NCBI GenBank assembly: GCA_011321815.1
Contig: DROS01000026.1
Location: 54-64,053, forward strand
Reading direction: 5' to 3'
Source: Gammaproteobacteria bacterium
GTDB lineage: Bacteria > Pseudomonadota > Gammaproteobacteria > SZUA-152
DNA: 64,000 nucleotides
The notes below the pieces were generated by a model. That model made no database searches and was not told the origin of the DNA. It worked only from the letters and a program-made list of their open reading frames with translations. Made by a program: the position numbers and the translations under genes. How positions within the stretch are numbered: position 1 is the stretch's first letter; every line of letters begins with the position of its first letter. Of the stretch, positions 23,821 through 33,379 are shown in pieces.

Positions 23821-23910
23821 ATGGGTATTGATGCAACAATTTTTGTTATTTATATCGTCGCGACCGTCGTGTCGTTTGTCGTTGCTGGCATGATGATGAA
23901 AAGAGGCTGA
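23821..23910 (+). CDS. Small single-TM protein (29 aa, absent from ORF track)
   Basis: GGGAGGGG RBS; MGIDATIFVIYIVATVVSFVVAGMMMKRG*. Confidence 0.6.
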   Translation: MGIDATIFVIYIVATVVSFVVAGMMMKRG

Positions 23911-24134
23911 CAAACTCTTTGGGAAGTGAAGAGGTCTTAGGTGGTTTTTGTATGAGTTTTTGCTGCGGTGAGCTGTGGACAGATACGCATGCATTGTTGG
24001 TGAAGCTTGTTGGAAAAGGCTGAGAGGGTGGTAGGCCAGAGCGGGTCAGTAATAAATTAAAGGTGTTAAGCCGGGCAAAACAAGAATTAAATTGCTTATT
24101 ACGAATTAACAATTGGTTGGGAGGGAGTGGTCTT

Positions 24135-24860
24135 ATGCATCTCATAACAAAAGTATCAACAGTCGCGACACTGTTTGCCGCATCTGCGGCGTTTGCCTCT
24201 GTCGGAAGTCAGGGTAATATCGAAAGCGGTAAGAATATTTACATGAATGGCAAGGGTGATGTTCCGGCTTGTAACAGCTGCCATGGCCAGGATGCTATGG
24301 GTGATGATGCCCTGGGCACGCCGCGCCTGGCAGGGCAGGGCTACGTTTTTCTGGTCAAACAGCTGGAAGACTTCGCAACAGACAAGCGCATGGATACCAC
24401 CATGTTTGTCATGAACACCAATGCCAAAGGCCTGAGCGCCCAGGATCGTGCCGATGTATCCGCCTATGCTGCCAGCTTAAGTAAAGAGCTGGTGTCATCG
24501 GATATGGCGCAGGTGAAAGAGTTAGGCAATCCTGTGGGTGTGCGTCACCTGGGCAAGGCTCTCGTTATGTATGGTGCAGCTGATCGTGGTATTGCCTCTT
24601 GCTATTCGTGTCACGGGTTTAATGGCCGCGGTGCAGCGCCAGTTTATCCCATGATCGGTGGTCAAAAATACGTATATCTGGTCAATCAGCTGAAAAAATG
24701 GCGTGATGCCAGTCGCGCCAATGATCCCATGGGTCAGATGCGTGCGATTGCGAAAAACATGACGGATGAGGATATCCATAATGCAGCAACGTATCTGACG
24801 TCGGCTCCTCGTACGACAATGGGCAACTCTCGTGTGCCAGATGACTACCCGCACGACTAA
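24135..24860 (+). CDS. Periplasmic dihaem cytochrome c4 (Cyc1-like)
   Basis: Signal peptide; CNSCH and CYSCH; PRLAGQ and PMIGGQ c4 motifs. Confidence 0.92.
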   Translation: MHLITKVSTVATLFAASAAFASVGSQGNIESGKNIYMNGKGDVPACNSCHGQDAMGDDALGTPRLAGQGYVFLVKQLEDFATDKRMDTTMFVMNTNAKGLSAQDRADVSAYAASLSKELVSSDMAQVKELGNPVGVRHLGKALVMYGAADRGIASCYSCHGFNGRGAAPVYPMIGGQKYVYLVNQLKKWRDASRANDPMGQMRAIAKNMTDEDIHNAATYLTSAPRTTMGNSRVPDDYPHD

Positions 24861-24885
24861 GCTGTTGCGTTGATCCATATGTGCT

Positions 24886-24914
24886 AAAAAGGGCGGATTT
24901 ATTCCGCCCTTTTT
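24886..24914 (+). terminator. Intrinsic terminator after cytochrome c4
   Basis: AAAAAGGGCGGA...TCCGCCCTTTTT. Confidence 0.75.
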
Positions 24915-25131
24915 GTTCTTGTATATTTTTATGACCAATTTTCTTATGGTCTGATTTTTCTGGTAGAATCCCGATGTCCTGGTGGTTGTTACTTGCACCT
25001 TTAGCGTAAGTGGCCGGGGGACGCGTTTTTTGGAGAATGAAGAGCCTCAAAGCTGTCTGAGAGAGAAATTTCGCTTGATCGGGTGGTTTGGAAATTACGT
25101 TGTATTGTTCGGGTGGCGGTAACCATAAAAT

Positions 25132-25776
25132 ATGTCAAAAGAAAAGCAATCACTGAAAAGTGGTGAAAAGATTTTGTTTGGGATTGTGGCTGTGTTTATC
25201 GGTTTGGCTGTTATCGCTTATGCGGCGCTGGAAACCTACCGCATGTCACGTACTGAGCCTTTGTTCGATAACAAAACACACTACAATTTTTCGGAGGCGG
25301 GGCATTTGGGTTCCCGTTTATTCCGTGAAGCACGTTGTACAGCCTGTCATCGTGCATTGCGTAATGGCACCAACATGGGGTTGTCGCTGGACGGTGTTGG
25401 TTCGGTGCGGACACTGGATTGGCTGGTTGCCTTTTTGGCTGATCCGGAGGCGACTTATGGAGCCAAAACGTTTGACCATGGTCCTAAACCTAAAGAAGCT
25501 GCTTATGTTGCGCAGATGCCGGAAAAAGACCGGTATGCCATTGCGGTGTTTATTTCTGAGCTGAAGGCAGAGCAGGGCTCGTCATCAGCAGCAATGCCAC
25601 CGGAAGGGCGTTCAGCTTTTATCGACAACATGGTGGGTGCTTGGGCGCCCGCCGAGTGGAAAGAGCGTTTTCAGGATATTCGAACCAAGCAGGCGCCTCA
25701 AGGAGCCGCCGCTGGGTCAGCGTCTCAGCCGGCGCCGCAAGAGACAAGTTCGCCAGAAGCCAAAGTCCAGGAGTAA
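25132..25776 (+). CDS. Membrane-anchored monohaem cytochrome c
   Basis: N-terminal TM helix, CTACH. Confidence 0.85.
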   Translation: MSKEKQSLKSGEKILFGIVAVFIGLAVIAYAALETYRMSRTEPLFDNKTHYNFSEAGHLGSRLFREARCTACHRALRNGTNMGLSLDGVGSVRTLDWLVAFLADPEATYGAKTFDHGPKPKEAAYVAQMPEKDRYAIAVFISELKAEQGSSSAAMPPEGRSAFIDNMVGAWAPAEWKERFQDIRTKQAPQGAAAGSASQPAPQETSSPEAKVQE

Positions 25777-25781
25777 TTATC

Positions 25782-26318
25782 GTGAGCAGCAGTCATCAGG
25801 AACCGTGGGAGCGGGACACGGAATATACACGTTATACTTTGTGGTTTGTTTACGCATGCATTATTTACAGCCTTATCGGTTTTTCCTGGGGGGCGCTGAT
25901 GGGCGGTATTTCTGAATTTCGTCATTTTGTAGATCATCGTTTGCACGGTGACCTGATTGTGCGTGCGCACACGCACGTCAATTTGCTGGGTTGGGTGGAG
26001 ATGGCGATTTTTGCTGCAGTGTATTACATTATTCCTCGCTTGGTGAAACGTCCCATTTACAGCCTCAGACTGGTGAAGCTACATTTTTGGACGCATAATT
26101 TTGGCCTGATTGGTATGGTGGTATTTTTTACAACGGCGGGTGTGTTGGGTGGTTTGACTGGCGAAACCGGTACGCCCGAGCAGGTTGAGGCCGTGGTAAA
26201 GCCCATCTTGGCCACTATGGGGATTTTTGGCACTATAGTGTTGCTGGCAAATTTTATTTGGGCGTACAACCTGTTCCGCACCTGCGCAGGTTGGGAAAAA
26301 AACAGGACTAAAGCATGA
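25782..26318 (+). CDS. Short 4-TM haem-copper oxidase subunit I homologue
   Basis: RAHTHVNLLGW...YYIIPRLVKRPIYSLRLVKLHFW matches one CcoN repeat; GTG start after GGAG. Confidence 0.8.
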   Translation: MSSSHQEPWERDTEYTRYTLWFVYACIIYSLIGFSWGALMGGISEFRHFVDHRLHGDLIVRAHTHVNLLGWVEMAIFAAVYYIIPRLVKRPIYSLRLVKLHFWTHNFGLIGMVVFFTTAGVLGGLTGETGTPEQVEAVVKPILATMGIFGTIVLLANFIWAYNLFRTCAGWEKNRTKA

Positions 26319-26821
26319 AGATATGGCGGTATTTGAGTGTTTTTTTGATGGTGACGCTTCTGTCTGGCTGTCTTTTGTTTGATGATGGCAGCTACAAGGT
26401 TGGCATGACCGTGCCGAGCTTGCGCACCAAAACATTGGCTGATGTTGGTGGTGACCTGAGCCGTATCACCAGTTATCGTTACCCCGATAAGCGTATGTAC
26501 CAGTATTCGCTTGATGACGCCCTGGCCAAGGGGCAGGTGATGGTGCTGGCTTTTGCCACGCCGGGGCATTGCACACAATGTGACAAGCACCTGCAAATGC
26601 TCAAGGGTATAATGGACAAGTATGAGGATAAAGTGCTGTTTTTGCACATGGATCAATACCAGAACCCTGAGGCCTTTAATGCACTTACGGTGATTGGTGA
26701 TCCGTGGACTTATATTATTGATGGTAAAAACACCATACGTTTGAGGCGTGCCGGGCGCATGCTTTACCGCGAAGTGGATGCTGTGCTTGCCAGTTTGCTA
26801 AAAGAAGAGAAGGCGAGCTAA
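26315..26821 (+). CDS. Thioredoxin-fold lipoprotein
   Basis: LSGC lipobox; FATPGHCTQC CxxC; DPWTYIID cis-Pro region. Confidence 0.75.
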   Translation: MKIWRYLSVFLMVTLLSGCLLFDDGSYKVGMTVPSLRTKTLADVGGDLSRITSYRYPDKRMYQYSLDDALAKGQVMVLAFATPGHCTQCDKHLQMLKGIMDKYEDKVLFLHMDQYQNPEAFNALTVIGDPWTYIIDGKNTIRLRRAGRMLYREVDAVLASLLKEEKAS

Positions 26822-26826
26822 CGGAC

Positions 26827-27279
26827 GTGGCGAAATCTGAGATGTTTGAGTTGTCACAAGACCGTAAAGGTGTGACTTGGGATGTGTTGATGTATGTGCC
26901 CACCGTGGTAGGGTTAGGCATTGGTGCGTTGATGTTTTGGTACGATAAAAACCAAGGGTTGGCTTACCTGTTGTTTTTTCTGGCCTGTTTCTTCCTTTTT
27001 CAAGGGGTGCATCGTATTCTTGGACGTATGCTGGTGCTTCCTCAATCCCCTGTTTCATTGGATGTATCCAGGCAGCGGGTATCACTGGCGTTACGCAATG
27101 GTGAAGTCGTTGAGCTGGTTAAAAACGTACGCTATTTTTCAGATCATGCGGGCAAGTCGTTTGGTCTCACCGGCATGGATATGATGGGCTCCAAACGTCA
27201 GTATGTTTTTCATAAAGGCCAGTTTGCTGATGTCGTTGCTTTTGGCAGGGTGGCGGATGCGCTAAAAGTGTTTGCTTAA
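26827..27279 (+). CDS. Conserved-looking membrane protein (2 TM + soluble domain)
   Basis: Closely coupled to the upstream gene; two hydrophobic helices. Confidence 0.7.
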   Translation: MAKSEMFELSQDRKGVTWDVLMYVPTVVGLGIGALMFWYDKNQGLAYLLFFLACFFLFQGVHRILGRMLVLPQSPVSLDVSRQRVSLALRNGEVVELVKNVRYFSDHAGKSFGLTGMDMMGSKRQYVFHKGQFADVVAFGRVADALKVFA

Positions 27280-27298
27280 CCCGCTCGCGAGGTTTGCG

Positions 27299-27493
27299 TT
27301 AACGTTGTCTGCGCCGCCGGACAATGTCCCACCCCATGAATGTCAGTATGGCCACGCCAATCAGGCAGGCACCTGCGATGATCCATTGTTCGGTTGTTTT
27401 CGAAACCAGTCCTCCAATCAGCATGTGTATGGAATAGCCGAGAATAAAGATAGAGCTGACAGCCACGGAAATGAGGATGATTATTTCTTTCAT
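27299..27493 (-). CDS. Small 2-TM protein
   Basis: Two hydrophobic helices and a basic C-tail WDIVRRRRQR. Confidence 0.65.
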   Translation of the reverse strand: MKEIIILISVAVSSIFILGYSIHMLIGGLVSKTTEQWIIAGACLIGVAILTFMGWDIVRRRRQR

Positions 27494-27883
27494 TTGAGTA
27501 TGGTTTTTTTAGAGCAGATCTGTGTCGAGGCGGGTAGCTTAACAGAAAACACAGGACGCACAGAAACTTAGATTTTCATACCGATTGTCTCGGGTATTCG
27601 TTTGATTTATCTATGAAATTGTCAAAATTTTGTCAGGGGTTAAAAGCCGTTCTGTTTTTCCCTGTGGAGGCTTGACCCTTGCTATGACATGTGACACTCT
27701 CTTTCGTCATGATTCTCCGGGTTATTATGCGGGCGAATGTTAGGGAGGGGGGACTTCCCAAAAAAAATTAGGTCATAGAGCACGGGGTGACATGGACAAA
27801 TGGCAACATTTTATCGTGTCCTGCGGTCTCCGCCAGACCCTAATAAAACAAAATGTAATGTTGGTTATTTCAGGAGGTGAGGG

Positions 27884-28141
27884 ATGAAAAATCCACTAAT
27901 GCTTTCTCTTGTTGGGGGAATGCTAACTGGGATGGGTAACGGCAGTGTGTTTGGTGCCGCGCTCATGTGCTTTCTTGGCCGTGGTCAGTTTAGTGACTGG
28001 GGAGGATGGGGCAGTCAGGCATATGATCCCAGCACTTTCACGGGATTTATTGACTGGGCGATGATTGTATTCGGTATTGCCTTTTTCATTATCCTCAAGG
28101 TTGCGGTTGGCCGCCATTTAGAGATTGAAGCCAAGGCGTAG
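27884..28141 (+). CDS. Small Gly-rich membrane protein, first gene of the oxidase operon
   Basis: AGGAGG RBS; two hydrophobic segments. Confidence 0.75.
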   Translation: MKNPLMLSLVGGMLTGMGNGSVFGAALMCFLGRGQFSDWGGWGSQAYDPSTFTGFIDWAMIVFGIAFFIILKVAVGRHLEIEAKA

Positions 28142-28198
28142 TCAGTCTTGTTTCTATTTTGATAATTCTTGATTTAATAAATTTAGGGAGGAGTTGAC

Positions 28199-28288
28199 AT
28201 GGCTACCTTTGCGGGAATGATGGGGATTTTGTTAGCACTGAGTTTTATGTGGTTCAGCTGGTTTTTGCTGATGCCTCGTAGCAAGTAA
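28199..28288 (+). CDS. Small single-TM protein (29 aa, absent from ORF track)
   Basis: GGAGGAG RBS; MATFAGMMGILLALSFMWFSWFLLMPRSK*; directly before ccoN. Confidence 0.7.
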   Translation: MATFAGMMGILLALSFMWFSWFLLMPRSK

Positions 28289-28323
28289 ATAGTTGATTCA
28301 GAAAATAACCTGGGAGGGTAAAG

Positions 28324-29730
28324 ATGTTTAAATACCTATTTGCGAAAGCGGAAGATATCCCGGCTGGGTCAGCCGCGATTTACTTCGGCTATTCGTCGAT
28401 TATTTGGTTTGTAATTGGAACTGGTTTGGGTTCCTTTAATGCCGCCAAGCTCGCATTTCCGGACTTTGTCACGGGCAGCGAGATTTTGTCGTTTGGGCAT
28501 ATGCGTCAAGTTCACGTTCTGGCTGTTATCCTTGGCTGGATATCCATGGCCTTCGCCATGGCAATGATGTACATCACACCGGCGTTGGGTAACACCAAGC
28601 TCTGGTCTGAGAAGCTGGGCGTCTGGAACTGTTTTATCTGGAATATTGGACTGTCTCTGGGACTGTTCCTGTTATGGCTGGGCGTAAGTTCAGGTCGTGA
28701 ATATTCCGATATGCCGTTTTTCATTGACGTAGTGGTTATTCTGGGTATTTTGACACCACTGTGTGTTAACGTGTTCATGACGATCAAAACTCGTCGTACA
28801 CAGGGTATCTACACCACCAACTGGTTTTTTGGTGCCGCCACTTTCATGGTCATCATCGTGTTTTCTGTGGGCAACTCACCTGAGTTCTTTCAGTTGACAG
28901 GTCTGACTGAGGCATACCTGACATGGTGGTTCGCTCACAATGTGTTAGGTCTGTGGATTACCCCGGTTGCTGCGGCTATTTCGTACTACGTTGTGCCAAA
29001 AGTAACGGGCAATCCATTGTACTCGCACCGTATTGGCCACTTGCACTTCTGGTCGGTTGTGGTGTTTTATTCAACGCCGGCTGCTCATCACCTGATGTCT
29101 GCTCCTCTGCCAGAATGGCTGAAGTCTTTTGCCTCGGTGGAAGGTGTGCTGATTCTGGTGCCAGCCATCGCCTTCGTGTCGAACTTGCTGCTCACTATGA
29201 CAGGCAAGTGGCGCATGTTTGTGGAAAATATTGAGATCAAATTCACCATTACAGGTGTGTTGATGGCGATTCCGCTAAACATGCAGGGTGGTTTCCAGCA
29301 GACTCGTGCAATTAACTGGTACATTCATGGTACTGGCTGGATTGTTGCCCATGCTCATCTGGCGTTGTTGGGCTTTTCCACTTTCCTGGAAGCCGCTGCC
29401 GTATACTATGGCTTGCAGACACTGTTGCGTCGTAAACTGTACTCATTAGGCTTGGCCAACTTCCATTTCTGGATGTTGCTGGTTGGTTTTACCACCTACT
29501 GGGTATCTATGACTATCGCTGGTTTGATTCAGGGCGCAGGTAAAATCTACGAAGTGCCTTACATCGATGTCGTGATTGCTGAACATCCTTACATGATTGC
29601 ACGTTGGGTGGGTGGCACCATGGTGTTCCTCGGAAACTGCGTATGGCTGTACAACATGTATATGACTGCTCGTGTCGGTACTGCGATCCCAGCGGGACGC
29701 CTGCCACATGAACTGGCCTACGAACGTTAA
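28324..29730 (+). CDS. ccoN: cbb3-type (C-family) cytochrome c oxidase subunit I, divergent
   Basis: Six His ligands (RQVH, WWFAHN, AAHH, AHAH); helix-VII cross-link Tyr in HFWSVVVFY; GREY Ca-binding loop. Confidence 0.92.
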   Translation: MFKYLFAKAEDIPAGSAAIYFGYSSIIWFVIGTGLGSFNAAKLAFPDFVTGSEILSFGHMRQVHVLAVILGWISMAFAMAMMYITPALGNTKLWSEKLGVWNCFIWNIGLSLGLFLLWLGVSSGREYSDMPFFIDVVVILGILTPLCVNVFMTIKTRRTQGIYTTNWFFGAATFMVIIVFSVGNSPEFFQLTGLTEAYLTWWFAHNVLGLWITPVAAAISYYVVPKVTGNPLYSHRIGHLHFWSVVVFYSTPAAHHLMSAPLPEWLKSFASVEGVLILVPAIAFVSNLLLTMTGKWRMFVENIEIKFTITGVLMAIPLNMQGGFQQTRAINWYIHGTGWIVAHAHLALLGFSTFLEAAAVYYGLQTLLRRKLYSLGLANFHFWMLLVGFTTYWVSMTIAGLIQGAGKIYEVPYIDVVIAEHPYMIARWVGGTMVFLGNCVWLYNMYMTARVGTAIPAGRLPHELAYER

Positions 29731-29756
29731 TAGAATAATAAGGGGAGGTAATTACC

Positions 29757-30707
29757 GTGGCTTTTAGAGAATATAAAATCGGTTCCCGAATGTTCGGTTT
29801 GGCGTTCGGTACATCGATGTTCATTACTTTGTATATGCCGGCAGTGGATATTCAGAATGTATCCGCAACGTCTATTGCAATGGATCGTCAATTGTCCTTT
29901 GGCCGGGTAGGTGGCTTCAGTTATGAAGACCCTTTCCTGCAAGGGTGGGCAAAACCTATTACGGTGCAGATAAACCAGGACCCGAAGACGGGGGCTACTA
30001 TTGAGTCGACACGTGCTTTTGTGTACGAAAAAGGTGTGCCGTTTCCCAATGGTATTCGTCATCCGCGGATTCTTGGCAAAGTGCCGGCTGCTGCGAGCGA
30101 ATCAAAAGGGCGGATTAATGAGGCATCTGAAGATCAGGGTGCCGTGTTTATCGTCCGGGAAGAAGTTGATGGTGGCGTGATGGTCCCGTACATCGAAAAT
30201 GCGACGGCGACTCGTGGTTGGTTGCCCAGCGCAACGCTGGCAAAGGCAAGTGAGTCACAGCGACTGCATGTGGGTAAAGGCAAAATCATGTTCGTTCGTG
30301 AAGGCTGCTGGTGGTGTCATACCTTACTGCCTGAGCAGACTCAGGATTGGCAGTATTTTGGCGCACCGCCTATGCTGGGCGACTTTAATGGTGAATCACC
30401 AACGGCGTTTGGTTCTGATCGTAAGGCGCCTGACTTGACTCATGTGGGGTCTCGCAACTCTTCACGCGAATGGATGATGATGCACTTTTTTAATCCTCGT
30501 CTGGTTCAGTCGCATTCCATCATGCCTCGTTATGACTATTTGTGGGGTGAAAAGGACGCAAACGGCAATACTATCGACTATGATGGTTGGCGTGCGGCCT
30601 ATACAGCGTATGCTGACGGAAAGTCAATTTATCCACCTGAAGTCCCTGTACCGGCTGCTGATAGTGAAGCCCGTGCATTGATTGACTTCGTTCTGAATCT
30701 GAAATAA
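29757..30707 (+). CDS. ccoO: cbb3-type oxidase subunit II (extended CcoO)
   Basis: N-terminal TM; REGCWWCH, GSDRKAPDL, HFFNPR and SIMP motifs. Confidence 0.88.
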   Translation: MAFREYKIGSRMFGLAFGTSMFITLYMPAVDIQNVSATSIAMDRQLSFGRVGGFSYEDPFLQGWAKPITVQINQDPKTGATIESTRAFVYEKGVPFPNGIRHPRILGKVPAAASESKGRINEASEDQGAVFIVREEVDGGVMVPYIENATATRGWLPSATLAKASESQRLHVGKGKIMFVREGCWWCHTLLPEQTQDWQYFGAPPMLGDFNGESPTAFGSDRKAPDLTHVGSRNSSREWMMMHFFNPRLVQSHSIMPRYDYLWGEKDANGNTIDYDGWRAAYTAYADGKSIYPPEVPVPAADSEARALIDFVLNLK

Positions 30708-30721
30708 AAAGGGGAGTAGAT

Positions 30722-31345
30722 ATGGCTTGGAAATTTGATAACCCACTGCACACCCTGTGTACGGACGATCAGAACGAAGCGGCGAAGGCTGTTTGGGAGG
30801 GTGAGAGCCTGGGTGGTATTACAGAAGATAATAATCGCCTACCGCCTCCCATCATTGGTATCTTGGTGCTGACGATTGTTACCGCGTTTTTGATTACTTT
30901 TCCGTTGTGGGGTCAACGCCCTACTGCGGCGATTTACGAGGAATACATTGCATTAATGGATTCCCCGGCGATTCAGGGTAAAAGTGACGCGGAGGCAATG
31001 GAATACATCGTTAATCAGGTGAAGGCAAGTGGTTCCAAATGGGCACCTTTACAGGAACGTCATCCGCTGGAAATGGACGATTTGCGTCTGATTAAAGATG
31101 CTATCATCGAGTTGCAGCGTAATGGATCGGACTTGCGTGAGTTTACGGTGCTCGGTGATCGTCTTGTGTTGGCGAACTTTGAAGGCAACTTGAAAGCTGA
31201 CGGCACCAAGGAACGCATTCAGCCTTGGTGGGACAAAGGTTATACCATCGATATTTTCTTTATCGTTATTTTCTGTCTTGGCGTGATGATTGTTGTGAAG
31301 CGCTTGCCTGACTACGGTTGGGAACCAAGCCACCACGGCCATTAG
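30722..31345 (+). CDS. CcoP N-terminal-like membrane subunit without haem c motifs
   Basis: GGITEDNNRLP resembles the CcoP DGIEEYDNPLP motif; 2 TM; no CxxCH. Confidence 0.7.
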   Translation: MAWKFDNPLHTLCTDDQNEAAKAVWEGESLGGITEDNNRLPPPIIGILVLTIVTAFLITFPLWGQRPTAAIYEEYIALMDSPAIQGKSDAEAMEYIVNQVKASGSKWAPLQERHPLEMDDLRLIKDAIIELQRNGSDLREFTVLGDRLVLANFEGNLKADGTKERIQPWWDKGYTIDIFFIVIFCLGVMIVVKRLPDYGWEPSHHGH

Positions 31346-31375
31346 ACTAGTAAGAGAGAAAACAGGAGAATTATT

Positions 31376-31507
31376 ATGATTGATTTGGATAATGGCCCAC
31401 TGGCGATGTTGATTTGGATTTTGCTGGTTTATACAGCACCATTCATCTACAGCTTCTATGTTGATAAAACGGATCAGGACAAGCCTGGCATTGGCGACTA
31501 CGGTTGA
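31376..31507 (+). CDS. Small single-TM protein (43 aa, possible CcoQ analogue; absent from ORF track)
   Basis: AGGAG RBS; MIDLDNGPLAMLIWILLVYTAPFIYSFYVDKTDQDKPGIGDYG*; followed by a terminator. Confidence 0.7.
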   Translation: MIDLDNGPLAMLIWILLVYTAPFIYSFYVDKTDQDKPGIGDYG

Positions 31508-31546
31508 TTTAATGCTCGTCTGATCCGTGTTTGGAAGCAGTAAAGC

Positions 31547-31581
31547 AAGGCCACATCCTTAATCCGGGTGTGGCCTTTTTT
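31547..31581 (+). terminator. Terminator of the oxidase structural operon
   Basis: AAGGCCACATCC...GGGTGTGGCCTT followed by a T tract. Confidence 0.75.
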
Positions 31582-31894
31582 ATGAGGCTTTTTAAACAGC
31601 GCGCCTTCGAATGCCTCTAAAAACTTTACGAGAGAGGCGTCACCCTCGCAGTGTCACTGCCCAAGTTTTATTGGCTGTGAAGCGCGCAGCCATGGTAAAG
31701 TGGCTTTTTCATGGTGGCGTTTATCCGTATTTCTTTTGTGTTCCCGATGCAGGTTACTGGTGATGGTTTCTGAGGTGTTACAGCATATTTTTGGCAGTAT
31801 GGTTGCTGCTGCATATTCATTGAATTTTCCGTACCTGAATTTGTCGATAAAGGAAAGTTCCGGCCCGTTTGGAATTGACACCAGCATCGAAGGG

Positions 31895-32104
31895 ATGAAA
31901 TCGCAGGAGTTTAGCGTAGGGATTTTTTATTTTCTGATTGCCTCTATCGTTGTATTTACCGTTTTTGTTTTTATGTTTATGACGAAGGGGAAAACAGAGA
32001 ACCTTAAAAAAGGTGAAAAAATTCTTTTTGTCTGGATTCTGTTGGGCGTTGTGGTCGCAGTAGTGTTCGGTGCGGCACAAATGCTTCATGGGTATTTGTT
32101 TTAG
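31895..32104 (+). CDS. Small 2-TM protein
   Basis: Hydrophobic helices flanking LKKGEKILF; start uncertain. Confidence 0.6.
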   Translation: MKSQEFSVGIFYFLIASIVVFTVFVFMFMTKGKTENLKKGEKILFVWILLGVVVAVVFGAAQMLHGYLF

Positions 32105-32112
32105 GAGGAATA

Positions 32113-32394
32113 GTGATGGCGGATTTTTTTAACTCATTTGAAGATGGCTGGACCATTTATCTTTGGTTGGTTGCGGGTGCGGCGATTGTTTTGACTGCAA
32201 TTTATTGGGTGCGTTGGGCTGCACATAATGATCAGTTTGACGAAGATATAAAATATGTCGTTTTTGATGAAAATGATAAAGATAAAATGGCTCCTGAAGA
32301 GTTTGAAAAAGCGATGAAGGTAAATAAAGCCCAGGAGGAGTTGCGCAAGGAGTATTTGGAAAAAGAGGCCGAGCGCAAACAGCGAACCTCATGA
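32113..32394 (+). CDS. ccoS: CcoS/FixS-like cbb3 maturation protein
   Basis: TM helix followed by WAAHNDQFDED, compare CcoS W-A-x-x-x-G-Q-F-D-D. Confidence 0.7.
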   Translation: MMADFFNSFEDGWTIYLWLVAGAAIVLTAIYWVRWAAHNDQFDEDIKYVVFDENDKDKMAPEEFEKAMKVNKAQEELRKEYLEKEAERKQRTS

Positions 32395-32879
32395 AGAAGG
32401 GTGAAAAGGGCATTTTAATCGGTATAACGGCTTTTGTTTTGGTGGCGATGGCCGTGAAGGGTTGGATGGTTTCGCAGGAAGAAGAAAAAGATCCAGGTAT
32501 CCCGTTTTATAGCACGGCGTCACCGGAGTTTGCAGCCAAGGCGTCGGTACTTTACCGCAAATATAATTGTCGTGATTGTCATGCGTTGTGGGGGCTGCGT
32601 AATATTATGCAGGCGGTTCCTGCACCTCCGTTGGATGGAATGGGCTCATTACGTGATGAAGAATGGTTGTATAACTATTTTTCTGCAGAGGATCCCCAGT
32701 CAATAATCCCGTCGCGACTGAAGCCACGTTTTCGCATGCCGTCGTTTGCCAAGATTCCTGAAGAAGATCGCCGAATGCTTGCCAGCTATATCAGCAGTCT
32801 GAAAGTTGAAGACTGGTATCTGGAAGAGACCAAAAAGACGGCCTATGAAAAACTGACGGGTAAGGAATATCAGCAATGA
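32391..32879 (+). CDS. Membrane-anchored monohaem cytochrome c (CcoO/NorC-like fold)
   Basis: TM helix, CRDCH, APPLDGMGS, RMP axial Met. Confidence 0.85.
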   Translation: MKKGEKGILIGITAFVLVAMAVKGWMVSQEEEKDPGIPFYSTASPEFAAKASVLYRKYNCRDCHALWGLRNIMQAVPAPPLDGMGSLRDEEWLYNYFSAEDPQSIIPSRLKPRFRMPSFAKIPEEDRRMLASYISSLKVEDWYLEETKKTAYEKLTGKEYQQ

Positions 32880-33370
32880 GATTCCGGGTGCGTTGGTTTT
32901 CTTTTTGGGTGGCGATATTTGTCGGTTGTCTGGTGAACTTTTTGGGTGACTGGCTGCTTGGTATTCGCATAGAGTTGTTTTGGGGGTTGGATACGTTTAA
33001 TTTTTTCTGGTTTTTGCAGTTGTTTATTTTGCCGGTATTGGTGGGCATTTCAGTGTCATACATTTACGGGCTGGGTGGTAAGTGGATTGCTATATTTCCA
33101 CCACTTATTGTGCGCTTTGCGGCGTATTATCAAACTGTTGAATACTCTGGTGTACCACGAGGCGCGGAGTTGATGCCGCTGGGTTGGTGGGGGTTTTTCG
33201 TGATTCTGGCGATGGAAGCCTCAATGATTGGTGGTGTGCTCGGTGAAATCATGAACAAACGGGTCTATGGGTGGAAAAAGGCGGTACATGTTTCGGATAA
33301 CGACGTATCGCCTGAGATGTTGTCCGGCCAGGCAAAGTCTGCCGAAAAAGCTGTTACTAAGACTGAGTGA
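32876..33370 (+). CDS. 4-TM membrane protein
   Basis: ATGA overlap with the upstream gene; four hydrophobic helices. Confidence 0.75.
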   Translation: MRFRVRWFSFWVAIFVGCLVNFLGDWLLGIRIELFWGLDTFNFFWFLQLFILPVLVGISVSYIYGLGGKWIAIFPPLIVRFAAYYQTVEYSGVPRGAELMPLGWWGFFVILAMEASMIGGVLGEIMNKRVYGWKKAVHVSDNDVSPEMLSGQAKSAEKAVTKTE

Positions 33371-33379
33371 GGCTTGGGT

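Noticed and set aside
25782-26318. Short ccoN-like ORFs as pseudogene fragments
   Set aside because: Both are clean ORFs of one-repeat length with operon coupling, are highly diverged from the local ccoN, and have no flanking remnants
26315-26821. CTQCDKH as a haem c attachment site
   Set aside because: It is not CxxCH, and the context fits a thioredoxin CxxC
28324-29730. Nitric oxide reductase (cNOR) interpretation of the haem-copper subunit
   Set aside because: It has the C-family cross-link Tyr and WWxxHN motif, lacks the NOR HLWVE glutamate, and is followed by a CcoO-type subunit
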